A stretch of DNA of 63,901 nucleotides, counting the filler, from an uncultured bacterium (GTDB taxonomy: Bacteria; CAZSTA01): assembly GCA_964609495.1 (NCBI GenBank). It is 3 parts of 3 records of this genome, joined end to end, with 100 filler letters (N's around TTAATTAATTAA, not from the genome) between each part and the next. Parts side by side here need not be neighbours in the genome. Positions count along the whole stretch, not along the records: positions 23,618 to 47,005 come from CAZSTA010000036.1; positions 47,106 to 63,901 come from CAZSTA010000067.1; 1 more part is not named here. One strand, written 5' to 3'. The notes under the pieces are model-generated. The model ran no database searches. It saw only the letters and a list, made by a program, of their open reading frames with translations, and was not told the origin of the DNA. This document shows, piece by piece, positions 46,626 through 56,813 of the stretch (within the stretch, counting starts at the first letter, position 1; each line of letters opens with the position of its first letter). The translations under genes were made by a program, and so were the position numbers.

Positions 46626-46654
46626 AGTGTAACATAAAAAGACGGTTTTATCAA
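46626..46654 (-). promoter_or_regulatory. sigma70 promoter facing the tnpB remnant
   Basis: TTGATA-17-TACACT with extended TG. Confidence 0.55.
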
Positions 46655-46741
46655 GAATAAATTTTATTAGCTATTCATCTAACGATTATTCTTTCTGACA
46701 AGGAGATTGTAAAATCCTATAGATAACGAGGAGGAACTAGA

Positions 46742-47005
46742 TTGAAGCTTAATGAAATGACTGCTCACGAATTGTCCGAACTTATGGTTAAAGGAGAGTT
46801 ATCCTCTACCGAGATCACCGAAGCAGTATTTGGAAGGATAGAGGAGGTGGAGGATAAAATTCATTCCTATATATCTCTAACTAGAGATTTAGCTTTGACT
46901 CAAGCTAAGAAGGTGGATGATCTCTTGTCGAGGGGAGAGGAGATACCACCCCTAGCTGGTATCCCCTTCGCCATTAAGGATATATTATGTATTGATGGCT
47001 TGAGA
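46742..47005 (+). CDS. gatA: Asp/Glu-tRNA amidotransferase subunit A, 5' part
   Basis: PLAGIPFAIKDIL; follows gatC; cut by contig end. Confidence 0.9.
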
Positions 47006-47105
47006 NNNNNNNNNNNNNNNNNNNNNNNNNNNNNNNNNNNNNNNNNNNNTTAATTAATTAANNNNNNNNNNNNNNNNNNNNNNNNNNNNNNNNNNNNNNN
47101 NNNNN
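47006..47105. other. Assembly gap with artificial linker
   Basis: N-run containing TTAATTAATTAA. Confidence 0.97.
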
Positions 47106-47297
47106 GTTCATGTAGCCTTTAATCAACTCCTGCTCTATCTCCTCGCGAAGCTTTCTGTTCTCCCTAAGCAGAGCTAGAAATTCCCGCATCAATCCGTCCC
47201 GTTTTTCCTTGAGGAGGCGGTATCCTCTCTTAGCCACTATAACCCTCTTCTTCAGATTGAGGAGCTCCATCCGCGTCGGATTAATATTTAACCTCAT
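47106..47297 (-). CDS. ntpD: V/A-type ATPase subunit D, 5' part
   Basis: [10 protein letters not shown]...[13 protein letters not shown]. Confidence 0.92.
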
Positions 47298-47315
47298 TTC
47301 ATCATTCCCCTCGTC

Positions 47316-48707
47316 TTAAGTTACCCTTGCCTCCTTCTCTTTGTGTAGATATCGCTTGATGTATTCATCACTCACCCGCTTTAACTCCGAGGTGGGTAGT
47401 ATCGCCAATAGCTTCCAGCCAATATCCAGCGTCTCTTCGATCGATCTATCCTCATATTCTCCTTGTCGAACGAACTTATCCTCGAACTCATCGGCGAATT
47501 TGGAGTAGAGCCTATCAACCTCGGAGAGCGCGGCCTCCCCCAAGATCACCGCTAGTTCCTTAACCTCTTTGCCCCGAGCATAGGCGGCGAAGAGTTGATT
47601 CATAAGGCCAGGATGATCCTCGCGAGTCTTACCAGAGCCGATTCCCTTATCCTTTAGACGCGACAGGGAGGGCAAAACATCTATCGGCGGATAGATACCT
47701 TTATGGTGCATCTCTCTAGTTACGAAGATCTGCCCCTCCGTTATATACCCTGTCAGATCAACGATAGGATGCGTTTTGTCATCCTCGGGCATAGTTAGGA
47801 TCGGTATCTGGGTTATGGAGCCCTTCTTACCTTTGATCCTTCCCGCTCGTTCGAACATCGTAGCTAAGTCAGTGTATAGATAACCGGGATACCCCCTCCG
47901 TCCAGGAATCTCCCGGCGAGCGGCGGATACCTCCCGCAAAGCCTCACAGTAGTTAGTCATATCAGTTAAGATGACGAGGACATGCGTATCATGTTCAAAG
48001 GCTAGATATTCAGCCGCGGTAAGCGCCAGGCGAGGAGTAGTTATTCTCTCTACCGCGGGATCATTAGCTAAGTTTACGAAGAGCACCGCCCTTTCAATAG
48101 CGCCAGTGTTACGGAAGTCGGTGATGAAGTAATTCGCCTCCTCAAAGGTGATGCCCATCGCGGCGAAGACGACTGCGAACTCCTCCTCCACTCCTAATAC
48201 TCTAGCTTGTCTAGCGATCTGGGCCGCGATGCGGTTATGGGGCAACCCAGAGCCTGAGAAGAGGGGTAGCTTCTGTCCACGCACTAATGTATTTAAGCCA
48301 TCTATGGCGGAGATCCCGGTCTGGATGAACTCGGAGGGATAATCCCTACTATAGGGATTGATCGGACTACCGTTGATATCGAGTCTCTCCTCGGGGATGA
48401 TCGCTGGTCCATCATCTATAGGTTGGCCAGAACCGTTGAAGATACGTCCTAATATATCCATAGAGACCGGTAACTCTAATCCTCTCCCTAAGAATCTCAC
48501 CTTACAGCCATCGACATCCAACCCGCGCGCTTCCTCGAATAACTGCACTAGAGCGGCTTCGGTGGTGATCTCCAGCACTCGTCCTCTTCTCACTTCCCCA
48601 TCGTCAAGCTCGATCTCCACCAGTTCATCGAACTTCACACCCTCGATCCCCTCTATTACCATTATGGGACCTGCTATTTCGGAAATATTCAAATACTCTC
48701 TGAGCAT
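47316..48707 (-). CDS. ntpB: V/A-type ATPase subunit B
   Basis: [40 protein letters not shown]; start placed at ATG 48707. Confidence 0.97.
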   Translation of the reverse strand: MLREYLNISEIAGPIMVIEGIEGVKFDELVEIELDDGEVRRGRVLEITTEAALVQLFEEARGLDVDGCKVRFLGRGLELPVSMDILGRIFNGSGQPIDDGPAIIPEERLDINGSPINPYSRDYPSEFIQTGISAIDGLNTLVRGQKLPLFSGSGLPHNRIAAQIARQARVLGVEEEFAVVFAAMGITFEEANYFITDFRNTGAIERAVLFVNLANDPAVERITTPRLALTAAEYLAFEHDTHVLVILTDMTNYCEALREVSAARREIPGRRGYPGYLYTDLATMFERAGRIKGKKGSITQIPILTMPEDDKTHPIVDLTGYITEGQIFVTREMHHKGIYPPIDVLPSLSRLKDKGIGSGKTREDHPGLMNQLFAAYARGKEVKELAVILGEAALSEVDRLYSKFADEFEDKFVRQGEYEDRSIEETLDIGWKLLAILPTSELKRVSDEYIKRYLHKEKEARVT

Positions 48708-48769
48708 CTTTCCATCCTCTAAATAAAATTTTCCTTTATTTAAGATATTCTCTACTTCTGTCACAAATG

Positions 48770-50563
48770 TTAATCCTGTTCACCAGCTTTTTGTATCTGT
48801 TCATCTATCCTCTCTTCAATCGCGGAGAACTGTTCTAATTTATCATCGTCTATATACTTCATCCTAGCGATCTCTTCTCTTACCGGAAGATTTATAATAT
48901 CTCTGATTCTTATTCCCTTCTCCAGAGCCTCCAAGGCTCTGTTATGAAAGTGAAGTATTGTTTTGAGCATTCTGTATTGCTTATTCTGAGAGGTATAAGT
49001 GTCCTTCTCGTGGAATGCGTACTGATGAAGGAAATCCTCCCGGATCGATCTAGCCGTCTCCATAACCAAACGCTCCCTATCGGATAGAGCCTCAATACCA
49101 ACCAGACGCACGATCTCCTCCAACTCCGCTTCCTCTTGCAGAATCGCCATAGCTTTATTTCTCAAATCGGGCAGATCCTCGGCGATGTGGGTTTGGATAT
49201 AGTCTCTGACACTATCAAGATACAGCGAATAGCTATTAAGCCAGTTGATGGCCGGGAAGTGTCTGCTATAGGCTAACCTATCTTCCAGTCCCCAGAAGAC
49301 TTTTACCACTCGTAGGGTGTTCTGAACAACCGGGTCAGATAGGTCTCCCCCAGGAGGTGAAACCGCCCCGATAACGGATAGAGAGCCCTCTCGACCATCG
49401 CTTCCCATACAGATGACCCTTCCCGCTCGTTCGTAGAAATCAGCGATTCTAGATCCCAGATAGGCAGGATATCCTTCCTCACCAGGCATCTCCTCCAAAC
49501 GACCGGAGATCTCCCGCATAGCCTCTGCCCATCGGGAGGTAGAGTCCGCCATCACCGCGATGTCATATCCCATATCCCTATAATATTCGGCGATAGTAAT
49601 ACCAGTATATACGGAGGCCTCCCGAGCCGCCACTGGCATATTTGAGGTGTTGGCGATGAGCACCGTTCGTTTAATCAAAGGCTCGTCAGTTCGAGGGTCC
49701 AGCAATTCGGGGAATTCCATCAGAACATCTGTCATCTCGTTCCCTCGCTCACCACAACCGATATAGACGATTATATCTGCATCCACCCACTTAGCTAATT
49801 GGTGCTGAACGACCGTCTTACCACTTCCAAAGGGACCGGGAATACAGGCTGTCCCTCCCTTCGCTATGGGGAAGAAGGTGTCTATAACCCTCTGACCAGT
49901 TATCAGAGGCACAAATGGGGGCAATTGACGCTGGAAGGGCCTGCCCCTTCGCACCGGCCACTCCCTGAGCATCTTTATCTCGTGAACCGTTCCCTCGGGG
50001 CTCCTCACCGTAGCGATTACATCTTCTACGGTGAACTCCCCTTCCTCGAGGCTTTCCAGTCTCCCCTCTATTCCTTCAGGAACCATTATCTTATGTAAAA
50101 CAACCTCGGATTCCCTAACTACCCCTATGATATCACCTGCCTGAACTGTATCTCCTACCTTGAATTGAGCCTTGAAATCCCCACTTCCATCCTCGGCTTG
50201 GGGACCGAAATACCACTTTCTCTTCCTATCAATTCCGGGAATGTCAACGCCTCTAGTTATATAATCGCCCACTTGCGATCTAATTATATCGAGCGGTCTC
50301 TGAATCCCATCGTAGATCGAGGTTATAAGTCCTGGAGCTAACTCCACGCTCAAGGGCATTCCCGTGGAGATGACAGGCTCTCCAGGTCCTAAGCCCGAGG
50401 TCTCCTCATAAACCTGGATCGTGGCTTCATCTCCCCGAAGCTCTATGATCTCCCCTATGAGCTGTTTCTCACTAACCCGAGCCACATCGAACATCTTAGC
50501 ATTTTCAATTCCCTTGGCAACGACAACTGGTCCAGAAACCTTGATTATCCTACCTTCCTTCAT
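48770..50563 (-). CDS. ntpA: V/A-type ATPase subunit A
   Basis: [27 protein letters not shown]; no intein. Confidence 0.97.
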   Translation of the reverse strand: MKEGRIIKVSGPVVVAKGIENAKMFDVARVSEKQLIGEIIELRGDEATIQVYEETSGLGPGEPVISTGMPLSVELAPGLITSIYDGIQRPLDIIRSQVGDYITRGVDIPGIDRKRKWYFGPQAEDGSGDFKAQFKVGDTVQAGDIIGVVRESEVVLHKIMVPEGIEGRLESLEEGEFTVEDVIATVRSPEGTVHEIKMLREWPVRRGRPFQRQLPPFVPLITGQRVIDTFFPIAKGGTACIPGPFGSGKTVVQHQLAKWVDADIIVYIGCGERGNEMTDVLMEFPELLDPRTDEPLIKRTVLIANTSNMPVAAREASVYTGITIAEYYRDMGYDIAVMADSTSRWAEAMREISGRLEEMPGEEGYPAYLGSRIADFYERAGRVICMGSDGREGSLSVIGAVSPPGGDLSDPVVQNTLRVVKVFWGLEDRLAYSRHFPAINWLNSYSLYLDSVRDYIQTHIAEDLPDLRNKAMAILQEEAELEEIVRLVGIEALSDRERLVMETARSIREDFLHQYAFHEKDTYTSQNKQYRMLKTILHFHNRALEALEKGIRIRDIINLPVREEIARMKYIDDDKLEQFSAIEERIDEQIQKAGEQD

Positions 50564-50635
50564 CCGAAATTACCTCCTGCTAGCCCTCTCTAAATCGAAA
50601 CTTATGGGGAGTATCTCTTCATCCTCTTCTGAGAA

Positions 50636-50658
50636 TCGGCTGCGGTGACGTGTTAGGC
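50636..50658 (-). other. Half attC-like site (R'' and L''-like boxes)
   Basis: GCCTAACACGTCACCGCAGCCGA, 12 nt after the stop codon of the RibD-C gene. Confidence 0.55.
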
Positions 50659-50670
50659 TATGATTTGCTC

Positions 50671-51432
50671 TCACTCTGGAACGACCTGATAGCGGAGCCA
50701 TACATGCCCCTCAGCCTGAACTTGGACGGAAATCAGTTTTAGCCGCGTTGGCCACTCGTCAGGTTTTAACTCTGGTGAGTCAAACAGCGATGGCGTCTCT
50801 AGGCCACCTATTATGGCCGGAAAGAACACAATGTTGATTTCGTCTATAAGCCCAGCACGCAAGAGCGCGCCGTTCAACTTGCCTCCAGCTGTTGATATTA
50901 CACACGTAACTCCCAACTGAGATCCCAGTTTCTCCATAGCAAGGTGGAGATCAACTCGCCCTTCCCCTGCTATCAAGTAGGGAATATTTTCGCGCTGGAG
51001 ATAGGCTAGATACTCGGGTGGCGTATGGTGGGCTACTAAGACCAGCAGATGCCATCCCTCCCATCCCTCTTCTGGCCATTCCTTGTAAACCCATCGGACG
51101 CGTCCTCGACTATCCACGACCGTGAACCATCCCCGATGTCCCGGACGATGGACGACAGCGTGTGGCAAGAAGTCCTGATATAGCGACTTAGGATCACCGG
51201 TGACAGGCGGGAGAGGCTTGGGAGTCTCGTTGCTCTTAACAAGAGAGCCACTGCCTTCAAGAGTGGCTTGTGGTTGGTGGGTGAACTTGAGCCACTCGAA
51301 TACGTCAAAATTGCTTGATCCCGCGACAGCCTGCCATCTTTCGTCCCCGTATAGCAAAAGGACGTCGGGCGCAAGCGTTACCCTCCCATCTACTGAAGCA
51401 GTCGTTTGGATTACTACTCGTGGTCTGCCCAT
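50671..51432 (-). CDS. RibD C-terminal/dihydrofolate reductase-like protein inserted in the ATPase operon
   Basis: ASVDGRV, VVDSRGR, GGKLNGALLRAGLIDE, WLRY. Confidence 0.88.
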   Translation of the reverse strand: MGRPRVVIQTTASVDGRVTLAPDVLLLYGDERWQAVAGSSNFDVFEWLKFTHQPQATLEGSGSLVKSNETPKPLPPVTGDPKSLYQDFLPHAVVHRPGHRGWFTVVDSRGRVRWVYKEWPEEGWEGWHLLVLVAHHTPPEYLAYLQRENIPYLIAGEGRVDLHLAMEKLGSQLGVTCVISTAGGKLNGALLRAGLIDEINIVFFPAIIGGLETPSLFDSPELKPDEWPTRLKLISVQVQAEGHVWLRYQVVPE

Positions 51433-51456
51433 AAGCGCTTTCCCCCTTCACGACCT

Positions 51457-51780
51457 CTATTCCTCATCCCTGAATATGATATCCGAGCCGACTGCTCTCT
51501 CTACCATCCTCTTCATCCTCTGCCTACCTATTCCCAAGCTACCCTGGTTGTTGGGGATAGGAATTATCGCTGGAAGTGTGGCTTCTTCGTCTAGTTCTAA
51601 ATCATCCATAACCGAGTAGAACTGCTCAGTGATCAGGATAGCTATATAGCTTCGATCTTTCAGCAATTCCTTCATCCTGTCGAGTGCCTCACCTTTGGTC
51701 TGGACTGGAAAGATATTTCCTCCCACCCCTTTAAAACCAAGGAGAGAGGCGCGATCTCCCACTACCGCCAATTTAGACAT
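51457..51780 (-). CDS. V/A-type ATPase subunit F
   Basis: AVVGD..S.LGF, PAIIPIP, VERAVGSDI. Confidence 0.92.
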   Translation of the reverse strand: MSKLAVVGDRASLLGFKGVGGNIFPVQTKGEALDRMKELLKDRSYIAILITEQFYSVMDDLELDEEATLPAIIPIPNNQGSLGIGRQRMKRMVERAVGSDIIFRDEE

Positions 51781-52789
51781 AAGTCATACGCAACCTTTCC
51801 TCGATCCTCTCCTGAGGTATATTGTAAAGCTTCCCGGAGAAGATTATCCTGAGGTTCTTTATCTCCGTCTCCTTAGCGATGATGTATCCCACCAACGGTT
51901 CTATTCCGGAGGATACATACTTCGTCCTATCGCGGATATATTTCATTATAAGATCATCCGCGACCTTATCAATAGCTCTACTTTGAGCCTCACTTATGAA
52001 GTGTCTATAATAAGCGCTCAAGAGCTCACCCCAGGAATCGAGAGGATTTCGATAGACTTGGACAAGTTCCTCTATCTCTAACTCTCCTCCTGCAAGCAGG
52101 AATTTGTCTATTTCTTTTTCGCTCCTCCCTTGCCTCTTCAGACGCAATAAGATCTTTAAGTTCTCTAAGTCTATGGTTAGCTCGATCAGTCCCTTTAAGA
52201 ACTCGCTCTTAGATCGCGAGGCGATCTTCGAGGAAATTATAAATCTATATCGGTCTATAATTACGTCTATATCCTGAGGATTGCCAGAAGCCTCATAAAC
52301 CCTAGTGGCTTCATCCACCGCTTGGGTATATTCTATGGGAAATACTTCGCTTATCCCCGAATGGACGAGATCTTTAAGTTGTTCTATGCTCGCTAATCCT
52401 TCCTTAACCAACTCTCTTTCCAGCTTATTTTTGGTGAGTCTCTCCTTCAAGATCGCCTTTAAATTTATGAAGTCATATTTACTAGCAGTGAAGAGAAAAG
52501 CGGTAGGCTCAGGAGCGATCTTCCTTATCAATTCAAGCACCTCCGTCCGAGCGCGCTCTAAAACAACCTCGAAGTTGCTCGGATCCGTTATATCCTCAGC
52601 GAGCTCCCCGTAAGGAGGGACCTCCTTGAGCATCCGCAGAGCCTCTGCCGCTCCCCTAGCCTCCAGTAATTGCCTTAGCCTAGCTTCGGTTAAAAGGCGA
52701 GTCTCCAATACCTTTATCCTTGCCGTGGCATAACCATAAGCTGTGGGAGTTAAAGTGCGACGCTTATCTATTGATAATGGTGCCATCAT
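51773..52789 (-). CDS. ntpC: V/A-type ATPase subunit C
   Basis: YATARIKVLE, YDFINLK, IDLENL, KETEIKNLR. Confidence 0.92.
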   Translation of the reverse strand: MMAPLSIDKRRTLTPTAYGYATARIKVLETRLLTEARLRQLLEARGAAEALRMLKEVPPYGELAEDITDPSNFEVVLERARTEVLELIRKIAPEPTAFLFTASKYDFINLKAILKERLTKNKLERELVKEGLASIEQLKDLVHSGISEVFPIEYTQAVDEATRVYEASGNPQDIDVIIDRYRFIISSKIASRSKSEFLKGLIELTIDLENLKILLRLKRQGRSEKEIDKFLLAGGELEIEELVQVYRNPLDSWGELLSAYYRHFISEAQSRAIDKVADDLIMKYIRDRTKYVSSGIEPLVGYIIAKETEIKNLRIIFSGKLYNIPQERIEERLRMTYV

Positions 52790-52827
52790 CTTTCCCCTTA
52801 ACCTTTCTGCTGCTCCGACGATCTAGA

Positions 52828-53424
52828 TCATTCGAAGAGGATATCGGCTACCGATGATTCTAGTGGCTCTTTGAGGTTAGAAATGATAATATTAAAGGAA
52901 TTATTGATCTGAACTCCTTTGCCTCGCAGGATAAAGCCCCCCTTTATCCTATCATCCGGAGGACCGAACTTTAATTCTCCCTTTTTACCCCTTTTCTTCA
53001 ACTCCTCGTTGATCTTGTTCAGGAACTCGTCGGATATCCTATCTTTGTCCTCCGGGGAGATGATCACCGTCTCGTCTCCCTTCACCGAACTATTCAAGAA
53101 CATATTCTGAAGCAAGTTTTGATAGTCCTTATTGGGCAGTCTCATCAAAGTGAGAAGTGCCTTCTGAAAAGCTTCCTCTATCAGTCTCCTCTTCAGGCTT
53201 AAGATATCCATAGAGATCGCAGTTCTAACCTTAGCCAATTCCTTCCTCTTGAGATCATCCGCTCGAGTGCGAGCTTTTCTTATCTCCTCAGTTCGATAGG
53301 AAGAGATATCCCTCCTTCCCCTCTCCGCTATCTTCCCTGCTTGCCGATCTGCCTCCTCTTTTATCCTCTTCGCCTCCAGTCGAGCCTCTTCCCTTATCGC
53401 CTCAGTTATCTTAGAAAGCGCCAT
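52828..53424 (-). CDS. ntpE: V/A-type ATPase subunit E
   Basis: N-terminal coiled coil, IKGGFIL, INNSF; operon position. Confidence 0.9.
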   Translation of the reverse strand: MALSKITEAIREEARLEAKRIKEEADRQAGKIAERGRRDISSYRTEEIRKARTRADDLKRKELAKVRTAISMDILSLKRRLIEEAFQKALLTLMRLPNKDYQNLLQNMFLNSSVKGDETVIISPEDKDRISDEFLNKINEELKKRGKKGELKFGPPDDRIKGGFILRGKGVQINNSFNIIISNLKEPLESSVADILFE

Positions 53425-53444
53425 CTCTTCACCTTTCCTCTTCT

Positions 53445-53948
53445 TTAAGTTAACTGCAAGATAATAATAAGGCCTGCTAGGAAGCCGAGAACTGCATAGG
53501 TCTCCACCAAGGCTGGCAGTAGAATCGCTCTACCTGAGGATTCGGGTTGCTTGGCAACGAAGTTCACACAAGCGGCTGAGGTCTTACCTTGCCAGATTCC
53601 AGTTAATAACTGCACTAATCCCATAGAGATTCCCGCGGCGAAGATCCCGAAGCCTCTTAGAGGTTCTAGCGGTTGAATGCCGACAAACAAGCCAATACGA
53701 GCCAGGATCAGCAGAGCAAAGGTGAAGCTATAGAATCCCTGAGTTCCTGGTAAAGCCATAATCACCAGCAGTTTACCAAATAGCTCCGGTGCTTCCGAAA
53801 GGGCTCCTGCTGCTTGGACAGAAGAGATGTGAATCCCTCTCCCTGATCCCATAGCTCCTAGTGCAGCGGCGATAGTCGCTCCTAAAAGCGCCCATCCCAT
53901 TCCGTCTGCTCGGAAGTAGTAGATCAACAGTTCCACAATGTTCTCCAT
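53445..53948 (-). CDS. ntpK: V/A-type ATPase proteolipid subunit K (4 TM, Na+-type motif)
   Basis: LPGTQGFY, WQG, VETYAV. Confidence 0.93.
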   Translation of the reverse strand: MENIVELLIYYFRADGMGWALLGATIAAALGAMGSGRGIHISSVQAAGALSEAPELFGKLLVIMALPGTQGFYSFTFALLILARIGLFVGIQPLEPLRGFGIFAAGISMGLVQLLTGIWQGKTSAACVNFVAKQPESSGRAILLPALVETYAVLGFLAGLIIILQLT

Positions 53949-53963
53949 TAATTTTCCCCCTTA

Positions 53964-54014
53964 TAAAGGAAACTTTTGAACCTTGAGTTCTACTGCCTGC
54001 AAAAGTTTCCTTTA
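53964..54014. other. Perfect 15-bp hairpin between ntpI and ntpK
   Basis: taaaggaaacttttg-N21-caaaagtttccttta. Confidence 0.75.
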
Positions 54015-54037
54015 AAATATATGATCGAAGACTGGTG

Positions 54038-56092
54038 TTAACCCTCCTCAGATATTCTTATATTTCTAAGCTCTCTTCGGAAGGGTTTGTAAGGTTTGCC
54101 ACCCCCCTCGAAGAATCTGTTATAGAACTCTAAGAACGTCAGCCTTGCTGGGTGAATGAAAGCCCCCAGGATATTTATGGCGAAGTTAAAGATATGCCCT
54201 ATGATGAGAACGATTATGCTTATAAGAGGATTTCCGATAACTACCAATGCCAAGATGTTGATGACCATCGCAGTTCCCGAGGTCGTCAATCCCAAAACTA
54301 AAAGGCGCGAGTAGGATAGAACATCGCCGAGGAAACTTGCTATACCATAGGGACTTATGATTCCATAAAGTCCTATAATCCACGTCCCTATTTTGCTGAT
54401 AATACTCGTCTTAAATCTGAACTGGGCCGCTAGCATTCCCCCTAAACTACCTATTACCAGTATCTTCCCGAAAGTAATAATCGAGGGTGAAATGGCTGGT
54501 GGCTTGGCTAAGAGTATAGAGAGGATGAAGGGAAGCCCTATTATAATGATGCCTGGTAAGAAGAGCAGCCAGGTCAACTGGTCTCCCAAGGCAGAAAGCT
54601 TCCTTCCGTTCCTCCAATTATCATAGAATTTGATAGCGATTCCCAATAGCTGGTTTATAACTCCAATAAGCCAGACGACTCCTAGAAGGATCATTAACCT
54701 CTCTATAGGATCGATAACCATCAGGGTCTTTCTCAAATTGATAAGGAGGCGGAAGATAGCGATCTCGGTCGAGAGATAATCTTCGGTTAAGAGGTCTCCT
54801 GCCCAGTTGCCGGTGATGATTCCTATGATCAGCGTTGATATGCCTGTCAGGAAGAAGAGTTGGAAGAACTTCTTCTCTCCCTCATTAAGTTTGTACTTCC
54901 TCATAAAGAGCAAACAGAGAACGCTTAAAATCGTCCCATAAAGCACATCGCCGAAGCAGAGTCCGAAGAATATACAGAAGCTCAGAGCAGAAAGCGGCGT
55001 AGGATCAACTGAGTGATAGTCGGGCGATCCAAAAAGCCCCGTTAAGAACTCGAAGGGGCGAAGGATTTTAGGATTCCTGATCTCTACGGGAACATCATCC
55101 TCTTCACTTGGCAGATCAAAGAGCATCTCTACATCTGGAAATTCCCCTTCAACTGCGCTCTTTATAGCAGGCTCTTCCTCTTTCCTAATCCACCCTTCTA
55201 GGATAAAAGCCCTCTTGGTATTAGCTAGAGTCTTATGAGCTTCTAATTTCTCTTTCTCCGCAACTAAATTGTCATGGAGAGCCCATAACTTGGGTCGAAC
55301 AGGTAGCAACTCCGCACTCTTCTCCTTCAGCTTTAAGATATTCGCCTCCACTAGCTTCACTTCATCCCTTATTTCATCCAATACCTGGCGGGGAGTTCCT
55401 TTCAAAGAGGGGGGGAAGGATATTGAAGAGAAGTTATATTTACTCAACAGAGGGGATATCCCCTCCTCATCCTCCTTCAGGTATATCAGGAGGAGGTATT
55501 TATCACGCTGTTCCTCTCGAACTGTATTGATATATATCCTATCAGCGATCTCGGGATCTAACTCATTGAGAAATTGATCCTCTAATCTAGAGAGCATTAC
55601 CCCGATCTGAGTTTGCGTCCGTTTCGATTCCCCCAATTCCTCGAGAGGAATATCGAGATCGATCCAAGGGATCAACTCTCCTTCTATACTTCTTAACCTA
55701 TCCCTTTCCGAGGAGAGTTCGGATATCTCGTTCTCTAGCTCTCTACATCTTTGATGGATGAAGCTCTTATCAATTTTTAAAGCCTCTTCATAATCGGATT
55801 TGGATATCTCAACTTGATTTGAGAGAAAACCCTCGATGAAGCCAACGCTTTTGTTCTCGACCTTATTTAGATAGTTGATCGTCCAATTTAGGTGTGAAAT
55901 CTCAAGCTCTACTTCGGTTATATCTGGATCACCATTTACTATAGGATCATCATCTATAAGATCTGATTCTGCCAGTTGTCCCCTAATATCCACTAAATGA
56001 ATAGACCCTAACTTTTGAAGAAAGGAGATCATAGCGTCTTTCTTAGAGATAGGACCTACTAAGGTCACCTTTTTCATCTTGACGATCGCCAT
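54038..56092 (-). CDS. ntpI: V/A-type ATPase subunit I (a)
   Basis: MAIVKM, DPTP, FFG.CFGD, GDVLSYSRL, RLTFLEFY. Confidence 0.95.
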   Translation of the reverse strand: MAIVKMKKVTLVGPISKKDAMISFLQKLGSIHLVDIRGQLAESDLIDDDPIVNGDPDITEVELEISHLNWTINYLNKVENKSVGFIEGFLSNQVEISKSDYEEALKIDKSFIHQRCRELENEISELSSERDRLRSIEGELIPWIDLDIPLEELGESKRTQTQIGVMLSRLEDQFLNELDPEIADRIYINTVREEQRDKYLLLIYLKEDEEGISPLLSKYNFSSISFPPSLKGTPRQVLDEIRDEVKLVEANILKLKEKSAELLPVRPKLWALHDNLVAEKEKLEAHKTLANTKRAFILEGWIRKEEEPAIKSAVEGEFPDVEMLFDLPSEEDDVPVEIRNPKILRPFEFLTGLFGSPDYHSVDPTPLSALSFCIFFGLCFGDVLYGTILSVLCLLFMRKYKLNEGEKKFFQLFFLTGISTLIIGIITGNWAGDLLTEDYLSTEIAIFRLLINLRKTLMVIDPIERLMILLGVVWLIGVINQLLGIAIKFYDNWRNGRKLSALGDQLTWLLFLPGIIIIGLPFILSILLAKPPAISPSIITFGKILVIGSLGGMLAAQFRFKTSIISKIGTWIIGLYGIISPYGIASFLGDVLSYSRLLVLGLTTSGTAMVINILALVVIGNPLISIIVLIIGHIFNFAINILGAFIHPARLTFLEFYNRFFEGGGKPYKPFRRELRNIRISEEG

Positions 56093-56416
56093 CTATATAC
56101 CTTCCTCCTTCATTATCCTAGCGACGATGATCTCTATAGCTTTTGACATTCGCCTATTTCCTTTTTTCAATAGCTCCTCTTTTTCCCTCTCCCCCTCCTC
56201 TCTGATCTTTTTACTCTCCTCCTCTACCTCTCTTTTTGCCAGGTTTAGAATTGATTCAGCCGCTTCCTTAACCTTTTCCTCAGCTTCCTTCTTGTTCTTA
56301 GCCACCTCATCCCTAGCTCTTTGGAGGATATTCTCTGCCTCTCGTTTAGCTTGATCTATAATTGTATCTGCGTTCTGCTCGGCCTCACGTACCTCCTTTA
56401 AAGCTTCGAGCGCCAA
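56093..56416 (-). CDS. V/A-type ATPase peripheral stalk subunit H/G
   Basis: Charged coiled coil (EVREAEQNADTII..AK.EA); first gene of the operon. Confidence 0.8.
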   Translation of the reverse strand: MALEALKEVREAEQNADTIIDQAKREAENILQRARDEVAKNKKEAEEKVKEAAESILNLAKREVEEESKKIREEGEREKEELLKKGNRRMSKAIEIIVARIMKEEGI

Positions 56417-56630
56417 AACTTCTCACCTCGCTAAATTGGCGTATTATAAACATACCAAATTCAAGTCAGGCCATCGACCTGACTTGGAATAATAGCTACT
56501 TCCCAACTGGTTAATATTCTGAGTCCATTTTAAGCAAATGCTCTCACCACTTAGGAATTTAATCCCGTGTTCAATCGAATTAGCTTTTATAACTAAGATT
56601 AAGTTTATCATATTTAGAGGGATTTGTCAA
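56417..56630 (-). promoter_or_regulatory. Promoter and ~180-nt structured leader of the ATPase operon
   Basis: TTGACA(56625-30)-17-TAAACT(56602-07); paired domain 56494-56585; 9-bp hairpin 56462-56486. Confidence 0.55.
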
Positions 56631-56644
56631 TACTTTTTCCTACT

Positions 56645-56697
56645 TAGGATAAGGGAGGAAATTATATCTTGAACTCCCTAGCGAAAAACTAAGAATA
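56645..56697 (+). repeat. Degenerate copy of the 23618-23822 repeat unit
   Basis: taagggaggaaattatatcttgaactccctagcgaaaaact vs taagggggaattagtctttaactccctagcgaaaaact. Confidence 0.7.
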
Positions 56698-56813
56698 ACA
56701 AGTTATTCACTTGAAGTTAATTATGTAAACTTCTCCGTATGCGTTTCACCTAAAATAGAAGAGCTAGGAGATAAAAAACCTCTAGCTCTTTACAAACAAT
56801 ATAATACCCTATT

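Noticed and set aside
46441-46632. 63-aa plus-strand ORF between gatC and gatA
   Set aside because: Antisense to the tnpB remnant; no recognisable protein features.
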